Positions 1 to 7,862 of a DNA stretch of 64,000 bases are shown one piece after another. The first letter of the stretch is position 1, and the number at the start of each line of letters is the position of its first letter. Position numbers and translations under genes: made by a program. The DNA is taken from contig CAYSSX010000004.1 of NCBI GenBank assembly GCA_964434115.1, positions 17,684-81,683 on the forward strand, given 5' to 3'. The notes under the pieces are model-generated. The model was not told where the DNA came from, searched no databases, and worked only from the letters and a program-made list of their open reading frames with translations. The stretch comes from an uncultured bacterium. GTDB taxonomy: Bacteria; Omnitrophota; Omnitrophia; Omnitrophales; Aquincolibacteriaceae.

Positions 1-2716
1 CCGCGGCCTGCTGCTTTTCCAGCTCTGCACCCCGAGCGGCAAGAGTTTGCTGATCCTGGGCAAATTTTGACTGCTGCTGCTGAAGGTTGAACTTCTCAGC
101 GTTAAGGGCTTTCTTTTCTTCGACCAATGCCGTGGATCGGGCTGCCACCTCTTCAACTTTTGCCTGAAGGGCCTTTTCCCGGACTTCGAGCTGCGCCGAA
201 GTATTCTTCAGAGCGGTCTCGCGTTCCTGTAAAGATTGGTCCTGGGACTGAAGGGCTTTGCCGCGGCTGGATTGCTCGGCATCCTGGGCTTTAAGACTTG
301 CCTGCAGGGATTCCAAATCAGCGGCTTTTTTGGATAACGCTTCCGCCCGGGTGTTGAGATCAGTTTCTGCCGTCTGCCGGGCCGCCTGCCACTGATTCTT
401 TTCCTGTGCATAAGCCGCTCTCTGCTTGCCAAACTCTTCAATCTTCTGCCGGAGTTCGGTTTGCTTCGAGGCAAGTTCTTGATCGCGCGTAGCAAGGGTC
501 GCTTCGGTTTGAGCCATCTGCGCGGCACGCGCTTCAAGAGACTGTTTTTCCATTTCAAGCTGGCGGGCCAGTTCATCAAGCTCGCGGCCGCGCTTTTCCA
601 TCTGTTCGGTTTTGAGTTTCATTTCCGCGGCCTCTTGCGCGTATTGAGCGCGGGAAGCGGCAAGAGTCTGCTCGCGGGAATTCAAATCTTTTTCCTGATC
701 CTTTAAGGCGGCCAGGTATTGATTAAGCTGCGCTTGCTTCGACTGAAGCTCCTGACTTTGCTTGCCTGCCGCAGCTTCACGGTTATCCAATTCCCCTTTG
801 CGCGCCTCAAGAGCCATGGAGCGCTGTTCAAGCTCAGCTTCCCACTTTTGACGGTCTGCCGCCAGCCGGGACTGCTCCGACACAAGGGATTGTTTTTCGG
901 CCGTCAAAGCGTCTTTGGTTTGAATGAGCTTAACGATTTTGTCTTGAATGCCGGCTTGCTGTTCCTGAATTTTCGAGCGGTCAAACCCGACTTCGGCAGC
1001 TTTTTGTTCAAGCTCCGCCCGCATCGCCGTCAAGGCCGCTTCATCTTCACGCGCCTTTTTCAAAGAGGCGTCTGCAGCAGCCATCTTCTGATCAAGAGCA
1101 GCCTGCTGAGCAGCAAGATCGGCTTCGGTTTTCTCTTTCTGTGCTTTAAACTCAGCCAGCTGCGTTAACAGCGTGCTCTGAGCCGTACGCTTCTGATTTT
1201 CCCATTCGGCGCGCAGGCTGTCGAATTCCTGCTTTTCACGAACCAGTTTTTCTTTTCCGCCTACAAGCTGGTTCAAGGTTTCCTGAACAGCGCTTTCTTT
1301 GGCTCCCATCTGGAGTCCCTTTGACTCCACTTCCTGCTGCCGGGACTCTATGGCTTTCGCGCGGTTTACGAGATCAGCTTCCCGCTGGCTCACCTGGGCA
1401 AGTTTCTGTTCGTAAGCGGAAATCGTACTCTGGAGTTCGCGCTCTTTTTGGCGGAAAGCGGAATCTGTCAGCACCTGAAGCTTTTGTTCCTGATCCAAAA
1501 GGGCCTGCGTCTTTTCAGCTAAGAGAGCTTCCTCCTGCTTGCGCTTGGTTTCCCAGATCGCCTGGTCTCTCAGAAAAGCCTGTCGTTGTTTCTCGAAATC
1601 TTCTTTAGTGCCGACAATTTCAGCAACCATACTGCGGACATCGCTTGAGCGGGACTGCTCGCTCTGCCCCTGCGCTTCAAAATTCTTTTGGCGGGCCGAA
1701 AGTTCCTGTTCGCGCTGCGCCAAAATCCGGCTTTTCTCTTCCAGTTCGCGCGCCTTGGCTTCAATCGCTTGTTCCTTCGCCTGCTGCTGTCCATCTGCGG
1801 CCTTAAGACTCGCCTCAATCTTCCGCAAATTCTGTTCATGTTCGGCTTTTGCACGCATCCATTCAGCCTTTTCTTTTTCAAGAAGCTGCTGCTCGCGGGC
1901 CAACGCATCCGACTGGTTTTTCATTTCGGCCGATTGGGTCCGGTCGTTTTCGGAAGATTGCGTTTTCTCTTCCATTTCCCGGCCCAGCTCAATTTTCTGC
2001 TGAAGGAGTGCTGTCTTCTCGTTTTCCAAATCCGTCCTAGCTGACGCCAGCTCAACCTCAGCCTGTTTCAAATCAGCTTCCTTCTGCTTCAAGGCTGAGG
2101 CCCACTTCTGGATCTGCTCGCTATTATCTTTTTCCCGTCCTTCAAGTTTCTGCCGAAGCGAAACCTGTTCCTGCTTCAGACGCAGGATCTCATCTTCTTT
2201 ATTACTAAGCAGGCGGGTGAGATCTTCCACTTTCCGGTTAAGAGCGGGATCCGAGGCAGGGACAGCGGATTCCACGGCCATATCTTTCTGAGCCATTCGA
2301 GCTTCATAGGCTTCACGCTCGGCCGTAAGCTGAGCTCTCATCTGTCCAAGTTCAGCTTTCTGAACTTCAAGCTGGCGGCGTTCCTGGTCAAAGGTACCGC
2401 TTTTTTCTTTAAAGGCTTCAGGGGCGTCGTTGCGGGAGCGTTTTCCGTCTTTCTGGAAATCGCGTTTTTCTTTTTTGAGTTCTTCGATTTTTGCAAGAAG
2501 GGCTTGTTTAATGGAATCAATCCGCGCTTGTTTCTCGCGGATCATTTCCATTTCGGCATCACGCTGACGCTCCCATTGGCGGCGGCTTTCCTCAAACTCA
2601 TTGATGTCTTGAACCAAATTTCCCGAGGATGAAAAATTTTGCGCGTAAAGAGTAAGGGGGTCGTTCAAAGCCACAGCTAGGGTAAGGACAAGTGCGGTGA
2701 TATTCGTTTTTTTCAC
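1..2716 (-). CDS. Large secreted coiled-coil protein, partial (C-terminus runs off the window start). Product hypothetical.
   Basis: Reverse-strand translation from GTG at 2716 (alternative ATG at 2755) is one open frame all the way to position 1, more than 900 codons. N-terminus KKTNITALVLTLAVALNDPLTLYAQ is signal-peptide-like. The rest is E/Q/K/A/L/R-rich heptad-like sequence with recurring blocks such as QKEADLKQAEVELASARTDLENEKTALLQQK. It is missing from the ORF track only because there is no in-window stop. Confidence 0.7.
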   Translation of the reverse strand, partial: MKKTNITALVLTLAVALNDPLTLYAQNFSSSGNLVQDINEFEESRRQWERQRDAEMEMIREKQARIDSIKQALLAKIEELKKEKRDFQKDGKRSRNDAPEAFKEKSGTFDQERRQLEVQKAELGQMRAQLTAEREAYEARMAQKDMAVESAVPASDPALNRKVEDLTRLLSNKEDEILRLKQEQVSLRQKLEGREKDNSEQIQKWASALKQKEADLKQAEVELASARTDLENEKTALLQQKIELGREMEEKTQSSENDRTQSAEMKNQSDALAREQQLLEKEKAEWMRAKAEHEQNLRKIEASLKAADGQQQAKEQAIEAKARELEEKSRILAQREQELSARQKNFEAQGQSEQSRSSDVRSMVAEIVGTKEDFEKQRQAFLRDQAIWETKRKQEEALLAEKTQALLDQEQKLQVLTDSAFRQKERELQSTISAYEQKLAQVSQREADLVNRAKAIESRQQEVESKGLQMGAKESAVQETLNQLVGGKEKLVREKQEFDSLRAEWENQKRTAQSTLLTQLAEFKAQKEKTEADLAAQQAALDQKMAAADASLKKAREDEAALTAMRAELEQKAAEVGFDRSKIQEQQAGIQDKIVKLIQTKDALTAEKQSLVSEQSRLAADRQKWEAELEQRSMALEARKGELDNREAAAGKQSQELQSKQAQLNQYLAALKDQEKDLNSREQTLAASRAQYAQEAAEMKLKTEQMEKRGRELDELARQLEMEKQSLEARAAQMAQTEATLATRDQELASKQTELRQKIEEFGKQRAAYAQEKNQWQAARQTAETDLNTRAEALSKKAADLESLQASLKAQDAEQSSRGKALQSQDQSLQERETALKNTSAQLEVREKALQAKVEEVAARSTALVEEKKALNAEKFNLQQQQSKFAQDQQTLAARGAELEKQQAA

Positions 2717-2801
2717 GCGGTCTCTCTGAAGGAAAGGATTGACAAGTGAACTCATTCGAGATGGCTTGTTGGAACAAGTCCCCTGCCTGCAAGCAACGGT
2801 T

Positions 2802-2830
2802 AAATTATCACAGGCTTTTTTTTGAGTCAA
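2802..2830 (-). promoter_or_regulatory. Candidate sigma70-type promoter for the coiled-coil gene.
   Basis: Minus-strand reading gives TTGACT, a 17-nt spacer, then TAATTT, about 50-90 nt upstream of the candidate start codons. Confidence 0.3.
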
Positions 2831-3001
2831 GATACGTTGATCCCCAAAAACACATTGCAACGAATCTAAGGAATGTTGGTTGTGTGCGGTTCGCAGAGTT
2901 CTGGAGAGATCTCTGCTATCCTCATTGAAAATCGGCAGAACCGGCAAATATCTTAAGCAGGGATTTCAAGACTCTAAAGGAGCTGTCCGGGGAAGGAATT
3001 T

Positions 3002-3030
3002 CTGACAAACGAAGGCGGGCTTTGCTATAA
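3002..3030 (+). promoter_or_regulatory. Candidate promoter for tRNA-Arg.
   Basis: CTGACA, an 18-nt spacer, then a perfect TATAAT at 3025-3030, about 20 nt before the mature tRNA 5' end. Confidence 0.4.
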
Positions 3031-3049
3031 TTCGGCTCTCTTTGACCAG

Positions 3050-3123
3050 GCCCCCATAGCTCAAATGGATAGAGCAGCTCCGTCCTAAGGAGAAGGTTGC
3101 ATGTTCAAGTCATGCTGGGGGCA
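3050..3123 (+). tRNA. tRNA-Arg, anticodon CCT.
   Basis: Hand-folded cloverleaf. Acceptor GCCCCCA pairs with TGGGGGC. D arm is GCTC-AAATGGATA-GAGC. Anticodon arm is GCTCC-gtCCTaa-GGAGA, with U33, anticodon CCT and A37. Variable loop is 5 nt. T arm is GCATG-TTCAAGT-CATGC. Discriminator is A. CCA is not encoded. Confidence 0.85.
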
Positions 3124-3188
3124 CTCTTTATTTAGAGGCAGTTTTCTTCCCTCCGCGTCAAGCAGCTCTCTAACCCCGTTTTCCGATC

Positions 3189-3210
3189 ACATGACTTGAA
3201 TGGAGCTGCT
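3189..3210 (-). repeat. Inverted, internally deleted fragment of the adjacent tRNA-Arg.
   Basis: catgacttgaa matches the reverse complement of the tRNA T-arm (11/11), and ggagctgct matches the reverse complement of the D/anticodon-stem junction (9/9). The anticodon region is missing. Confidence 0.45.
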
Positions 3211-3355
3211 TCGCTTTTACAACGGAAACGCGATCTCATGGGAGCGTTGACTTCCTTCGAAGCGGCGGATGGCCGACCGAAAGGCGCATCATGAAGCGGA
3301 AATCTTTTGGTAAAAGAATGGATTGACGCGAAATGGTTCGTGCGCCTGGAGGCGC

Positions 3356-3378
3356 CAAGTCATGCTGGGGCACTCTTT
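3356..3378 (+). repeat. Direct repeat of the tRNA-Arg 3' end; att-like duplication.
   Basis: caagtcatgctggggcactcttt (3356-3378) matches tRNA positions 3106-3129, caagtcatgctgggggcactcttt, with a single G indel. The two copies lie about 230 bp apart. Confidence 0.6.
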
Positions 3379-3387
3379 TTTGCCGGC

Positions 3388-3930
3388 TCAGGCATCATAC
3401 TTCACAAGCGAAAAAACCTCGTACCCCTGCAATTTTTCCCGCCCCTTGAGAGAACAAAGCTCGACCAGAAAGGCCATCAAGACGACCTTGCCACCCAGTT
3501 TTTCAACCAGGCTTGCGGCAGCTTGGGCCGTTCCCCCCGTCGCAAGAAGATCATCTACAACCGCCACGCGCATGCCCGGTTTCAATGCATCCCGATGGAT
3601 TTCAAGAACAGCTTCCCCGTATTCGAGCGCATAGCTGACCTGATGGGTTTCGCACGGAAGCTTTCCCTTTTTCCGGACAGGAACAAATCCTTTTTTTGCC
3701 TTATAGGCCAGCGCCGGACTGAAAATAAATCCGCGCGATTCAATCCCCAGAACAAGATCAACCTGGTATTTTTCAACTTGGTGGGAAAAAGCATCAATGA
3801 TGGAGGCAAAAAGCACGGGGTCTTGCAGCACCGGCGTGATGTCGCGAAAAAGAATACCTTCCTTTGGAAAATCCGGAATGTTGCGAATCGCCGATTTCAG
3901 GGCTGGCAAATCAAGCGCGGGTAAAGGCAT
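3388..3930 (-). CDS. apt: Adenine phosphoribosyltransferase.
   Basis: 180 aa. PRTase motif VAVVDDLLATGGT, with typical Apt length and N-terminal region. The start ATG overlaps the rpoD stop as TGATG. Confidence 0.85.
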   Translation of the reverse strand: MPLPALDLPALKSAIRNIPDFPKEGILFRDITPVLQDPVLFASIIDAFSHQVEKYQVDLVLGIESRGFIFSPALAYKAKKGFVPVRKKGKLPCETHQVSYALEYGEAVLEIHRDALKPGMRVAVVDDLLATGGTAQAAASLVEKLGGKVVLMAFLVELCSLKGREKLQGYEVFSLVKYDA

Positions 3931-5120
3931 CAGGAAAGATAATCGCCGAGGTGGTCTTTTTCTGACTCGAGCTGGGCGCGAATCTTTTTAAGCGAGGCTG
4001 CTTCAATCTGACGGACACGTTCCCGGGTAATTCCGAACTCCTGCGCCACTTGTTCCAGCGTGCGGGGTTCATCGTCATCAAGTCCGAAGCGGAGAATTAA
4101 AATACGCTTTTCCCGGTCATCCAGCTTATTGAGAATGCCCCGGATGCGTTCACTTTTGAGCATCTCGGCCATGTTTGCGTCAGGGGCATGCGAGGAATCA
4201 TCCTCAATAAGATCAATAAGCTCCGCGGTTCCATCAAGGCTGACCGGCGCGTTGAGCGAACTGGGCCGGCCGGCAATATTTTCGATCTCTTTGACCTTAT
4301 TGACCGGCACCTGCATGATTTTGGCGATTTCCTTGCGGGTCGGTACGCGGCTCAGTTTCTGCATCAAACCGTCCCGGACGCGGCGCCACTTGGAAATAAT
4401 GTCATACATATAAACAGGAATACGGATGGTTTTTCCTTGATTGGAAAGCGCCCGCATGATCGCCTGCTTGATCCACCAGGATGCATAGGTTGAAAAACGG
4501 TAGCCGCGTTCCGGGTTAAACTTCTCAACCGCGCGCATAAGTCCGATATTCCCCTCTTCGACAAGGTCGGAAAATGCCAGCCCCATGTTGCTGTAACGCT
4601 TGGCGATCGAAATCACAAGACGGAGATTGGAACGAATCATGTGTTCGCGGGCGCGTGGAGATTCCTCCCCGCCCGCCTGAACTTTTTCCGCCAGTGAAAT
4701 TTCCTCACCCGGCGTAAGAAGGGGGATATTTTCAATCTGGGTGAGGTAAATCTTCATCGGCGTGCGGTCAAGCGTCTGCTCCTCATAATGATACTCAGAG
4801 GCTTCGGGGCTCCCTTCATCATCGCCATCGCGCTTGCGGCGGCGGCGTTCAACGGGAACCTCGAGGGAGGCTTCGTTTTTCAGGAGCTCGCGGGTTTCAC
4901 GCTTGAGGTGTTCTTCAGGACGTTCGTGCTTCTTGGCTGACGGGGCAGCCGGCACCGGCACGGCCTTTACAACTTTTTCTTTTTCGGCTTTGGAAGGAGC
5001 CGCCTTCTTTTTAGAAGACGGCTCCTTCTTGGAGGGAAGCGGCCTGCTTTTTTTTGCGACAGGTTTCTTCGCTTTTTTCTTAACGGGCCGTGACTGCTTG
5101 GAAATCTTTTTTCCCTTCAT
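3930..5120 (-). CDS. rpoD: RNA polymerase sigma-70 family factor (RpoD-like) with a Lys-rich N-terminal extension.
   Basis: Region 2 to 4 motifs are present: YLTQIENIPLLT, NLRLVISIAKRY, DLVEEGNIGLMRAVEKF and TYASWWIKQAI, plus a C-terminal HTH ending TLEQVAQEFGITRERVRQIE. Start is taken as ATG 5120 (MKGKKISKQ...), with GAGGT 5-9 nt upstream. The longer 5225 start would overlap ppdK. Confidence 0.85.
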   Translation of the reverse strand: MKGKKISKQSRPVKKKAKKPVAKKSRPLPSKKEPSSKKKAAPSKAEKEKVVKAVPVPAAPSAKKHERPEEHLKRETRELLKNEASLEVPVERRRRKRDGDDEGSPEASEYHYEEQTLDRTPMKIYLTQIENIPLLTPGEEISLAEKVQAGGEESPRAREHMIRSNLRLVISIAKRYSNMGLAFSDLVEEGNIGLMRAVEKFNPERGYRFSTYASWWIKQAIMRALSNQGKTIRIPVYMYDIISKWRRVRDGLMQKLSRVPTRKEIAKIMQVPVNKVKEIENIAGRPSSLNAPVSLDGTAELIDLIEDDSSHAPDANMAEMLKSERIRGILNKLDDREKRILILRFGLDDDEPRTLEQVAQEFGITRERVRQIEAASLKKIRAQLESEKDHLGDYLS

Positions 5121-5136
5121 AAACCTCAGCCAAAAT

Positions 5137-7827
5137 TTACTTCTTTTTTTGCTTCTTCTCACGTACTGAGGCTTGAGCCGCAGCAAGACGCGCGATCGGA
5201 ACGCGGAAAGGCGAACAGCTGACATAATTCATGCCAACGCGGTGACAAAACTCCACCGAGGCAGGATCCCCGCCATGCTCACCACAGATACCCACTTTAA
5301 GTTCGGGTCTTGTTTTACGGCCTTTTTCCACTCCGAGTTGAACTAAATATCCAACGCCTTCCTGATCCAGGCTCTGGAAGGGGTCTTTTTCGAAGATTCC
5401 CTTCTCAACATACGCCCCAAGGAAGGAACCGGCATCGTCACGAGAGAACCCAAGGGTCATCTGCGTAAGATCGTTCGTCCCAAAAGAGAAAAACTCGGCG
5501 CCTTCCGCGATTTGATCCGCGATAATGGCCGCTCTCGGAATTTCGATCATCGTCCCGATCATGTACGGGATCTTGATGCCTTTTTCCTTGAAGACCTTCT
5601 CGACGACTTCAATGATGTCCTGTTTCAGGAGATCAAATTCCTTTTTCATGCCCACAAGAGGGATCATGATTTCAGGAAATACCTTGATTCCCTTTTTCTT
5701 GACGTTGCAAGCCGCTTCAATGACGGCACGCGCCTGCATCTTGGCGATTTCCGGGTAGCTGATGGCCAAACGGCATCCGCGGTGACCCAGCATCGGGTTG
5801 AACTCATGAAGGGCCGACACCTTCTGACGGACCTTCTCGAGAGAAACCTTCAGAACTTCTGCCATTTCTTTCTGGTTTTCTTCTTCGTGAGGAAGAAATT
5901 CATGAAGGGGCGGATCCAGAAACCGGATCGTCACAGGCAGCCCGTTCATAGCCTCAAAAATCCCTTCAAAGTCTCCGCGCTGCATCGGAAGAAGCTTCGC
6001 GAGAGCCTTTTCACGGCCGGCAAGGTCATCGGAAAGGATCATTTCGCGGACTGCGATAATGCGATCCCCTTCGAAAAACATATGCTCCGTGCGGCAGAGC
6101 CCGATTCCTTCAGCGCCGAACTTGCGGGCAACCTTGGAATCCGCGGGTGTATCCGCGTTGGTGCGCACTTTCATGGTACGCGCCGCATCCGCCCACTTCA
6201 TCAGCGTGGCGAATTCTCCGGAAAGTTCCGGATCCACGGTTTCAAGCTTGCCCTGATAAACTTCGCCGAGGCTTCCATCAAGGGAAATCCAGTCGCCTTC
6301 CTTAACGACCGTATTACCCACGCGGAATTCCTTCCTCGCGTAGTTGATCTGCATTTCGCCGCAGCCTGCAACGCAGCATTTCCCCATCCCGCGCGCCACA
6401 ACGGCCGCGTGAGAGGTCATGCCGCCGCGAGCTGTCAAGATGCCCTTAGCCGCGAACATCCCGCCGATATCTTCCGGGGATGTTTCAATACGGACCAGGA
6501 TGACCTTGTCGCCTTTCGCGGTCCAGGTTTCCGCATCTTCGGCGTTAAACACGACACGGCCGGTCGCCGCGCCAGGAGACGCGGGAAGACCTTTCACAAT
6601 CTTCGTACGCGCCTGCTTTGTGTTAAACATCGGATGAAGAAGCTGATCCAGCACACGCGGGTCAACGCGCATAATGGCTTCGTCCTGCGTAATCTTCTTC
6701 TCTTTCACAAGCTCCACGGCGGTACGGACAGCAGCCGCTGCTGTGCGCTTACCGTTGCGGGTCTGAAGGATGTAAAGCTTTCCTTCTTGAATCGTGAATT
6801 CAATGTCCTGCATGTCCCGGTAATGACCTTCAAGCTTCGTGCGGACAGCCACGAGCTGCTTGTAAATCGCGGGCCAGGTCTTGGACATCTGATCAAGCGG
6901 CATCGGTGTGCGGATACCGGCGACCACGTCTTCACCCTGGGCGTTGACAAGAAACTCGCCGTAGAATTTATTCTCACCGGTGGACGGGTTACGCGTAAAA
7001 CAGACGCCCGTGCCGGAGGTTTCGCCCATGTTTCCGAACACCATGGACTGAATGCTGACGGCCGTACCGAGCAGGCCGAAAATCTCATTCAGCTGGCGGT
7101 AACGGAGCGCACGGGGGTTGTTCCAGGAATTGAACACGGCATTGATCGACAAACGGAGCTGCTCATACGCATCCGTCGGAAAATCCTGGCCGCTTTCTTT
7201 GCGGATGATCGCATTGTACTTCGCGACCAGCTCTTTAAGATCTGCAGCGGTAAGATCCGTATCCAGCTTGACGCCGCGCTTGTGCTTGATTTCATCGAGC
7301 GCGTGTTCAAAAGAATCATGCTCAACGCCCATGACGACATCGCCGAACATCTGCATAAAACGGCGGTAAGCGTCCCACGCGAAACGTTCGTTTTCAGTCT
7401 TGATGATCAAGCCCTGAACGACTTCCGGGCTGAGGCCAAGATTAAGAACCGTGTCCATCATGCCCGGCATCGAAGCCGCAGCGCCGCTTCGCACAGAGAC
7501 GAGAAGAGGATTGTCGCGGTCGCCGAATTTCGCGCCCATGGCCTTTTCAAGTTTCGCCATGTTTTCGCGGACCTGTTTTTCAAGACCTTCCGGCCATTTC
7601 TTGCCGTTCTTGTAAAAAAGATCGCAGGTTTCGGTCGTGATCGTGAAGCCGGCAGGAACCGGGATTCCGATGTTCGTCATTTCGGCAAGGTTGGCACCTT
7701 TGCCGCCGAGAAGCTGTTTCATTTTCGCGTTGCCTTCGGCCTTGCCGCTGCCGAAGAAATAGACGTATTTCGACGCCTTGCCTTTGGAGGCTGGTTTCTT
7801 ACTTTTCGATTTCGACGCTGTTTTCAT
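5137..7827 (-). CDS. ppdK: Pyruvate, phosphate dikinase.
   Basis: 896 aa. Canonical PPDK N-terminus YVYFFGSGKAEGNAKMKQLLGGKGANLAEM. Catalytic His region GGMTSHAAVVARGMGKCCV. PEP-utilizer C-terminal domain. The N-terminus carries an 18-aa K/S-rich extension. Confidence 0.9.
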   Translation of the reverse strand: MKTASKSKSKKPASKGKASKYVYFFGSGKAEGNAKMKQLLGGKGANLAEMTNIGIPVPAGFTITTETCDLFYKNGKKWPEGLEKQVRENMAKLEKAMGAKFGDRDNPLLVSVRSGAAASMPGMMDTVLNLGLSPEVVQGLIIKTENERFAWDAYRRFMQMFGDVVMGVEHDSFEHALDEIKHKRGVKLDTDLTAADLKELVAKYNAIIRKESGQDFPTDAYEQLRLSINAVFNSWNNPRALRYRQLNEIFGLLGTAVSIQSMVFGNMGETSGTGVCFTRNPSTGENKFYGEFLVNAQGEDVVAGIRTPMPLDQMSKTWPAIYKQLVAVRTKLEGHYRDMQDIEFTIQEGKLYILQTRNGKRTAAAAVRTAVELVKEKKITQDEAIMRVDPRVLDQLLHPMFNTKQARTKIVKGLPASPGAATGRVVFNAEDAETWTAKGDKVILVRIETSPEDIGGMFAAKGILTARGGMTSHAAVVARGMGKCCVAGCGEMQINYARKEFRVGNTVVKEGDWISLDGSLGEVYQGKLETVDPELSGEFATLMKWADAARTMKVRTNADTPADSKVARKFGAEGIGLCRTEHMFFEGDRIIAVREMILSDDLAGREKALAKLLPMQRGDFEGIFEAMNGLPVTIRFLDPPLHEFLPHEEENQKEMAEVLKVSLEKVRQKVSALHEFNPMLGHRGCRLAISYPEIAKMQARAVIEAACNVKKKGIKVFPEIMIPLVGMKKEFDLLKQDIIEVVEKVFKEKGIKIPYMIGTMIEIPRAAIIADQIAEGAEFFSFGTNDLTQMTLGFSRDDAGSFLGAYVEKGIFEKDPFQSLDQEGVGYLVQLGVEKGRKTRPELKVGICGEHGGDPASVEFCHRVGMNYVSCSPFRVPIARLAAAQASVREKKQKKK

Positions 7828-7862
7828 GCTTATTCCTCTCCTTGTTTCTTTTTGTAAGTTTA

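Noticed and set aside
208-2792. Eleven short ORFs (60-154 aa) listed on both strands in the first 2.8 kb.
   Set aside because: All lie within, and out of frame with or antisense to, the continuous minus-strand coiled-coil gene. Their proteins are low-complexity R/K/L/S-rich with no motifs. They are frame shadows.
3050-3380. Calling the tRNA-flanked interval a genomic island or prophage.
   Set aside because: The interval is only about 230 bp, with no integrase or cargo. It is reported only as an att-like scar.
3307-3924. 205-aa and 103-aa plus-strand ORFs.
   Set aside because: Antisense to apt. No motifs. They start inside the tRNA-repeat intergenic region.
5121-5225. Upstream extension of rpoD (MSAVRLSAFRS...).
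   Set aside because: It would overlap the ppdK 3' end by 88 nt. The ATG at 5120 has a GAGGT SD and begins the Lys-rich region.
5512-7857. 781-aa plus-strand ORF.
   Set aside because: It is exactly antisense to ppdK, whose product is unambiguous. Long antisense ORFs are expected opposite GC-rich, codon-biased genes, and this protein has no recognisable motifs.
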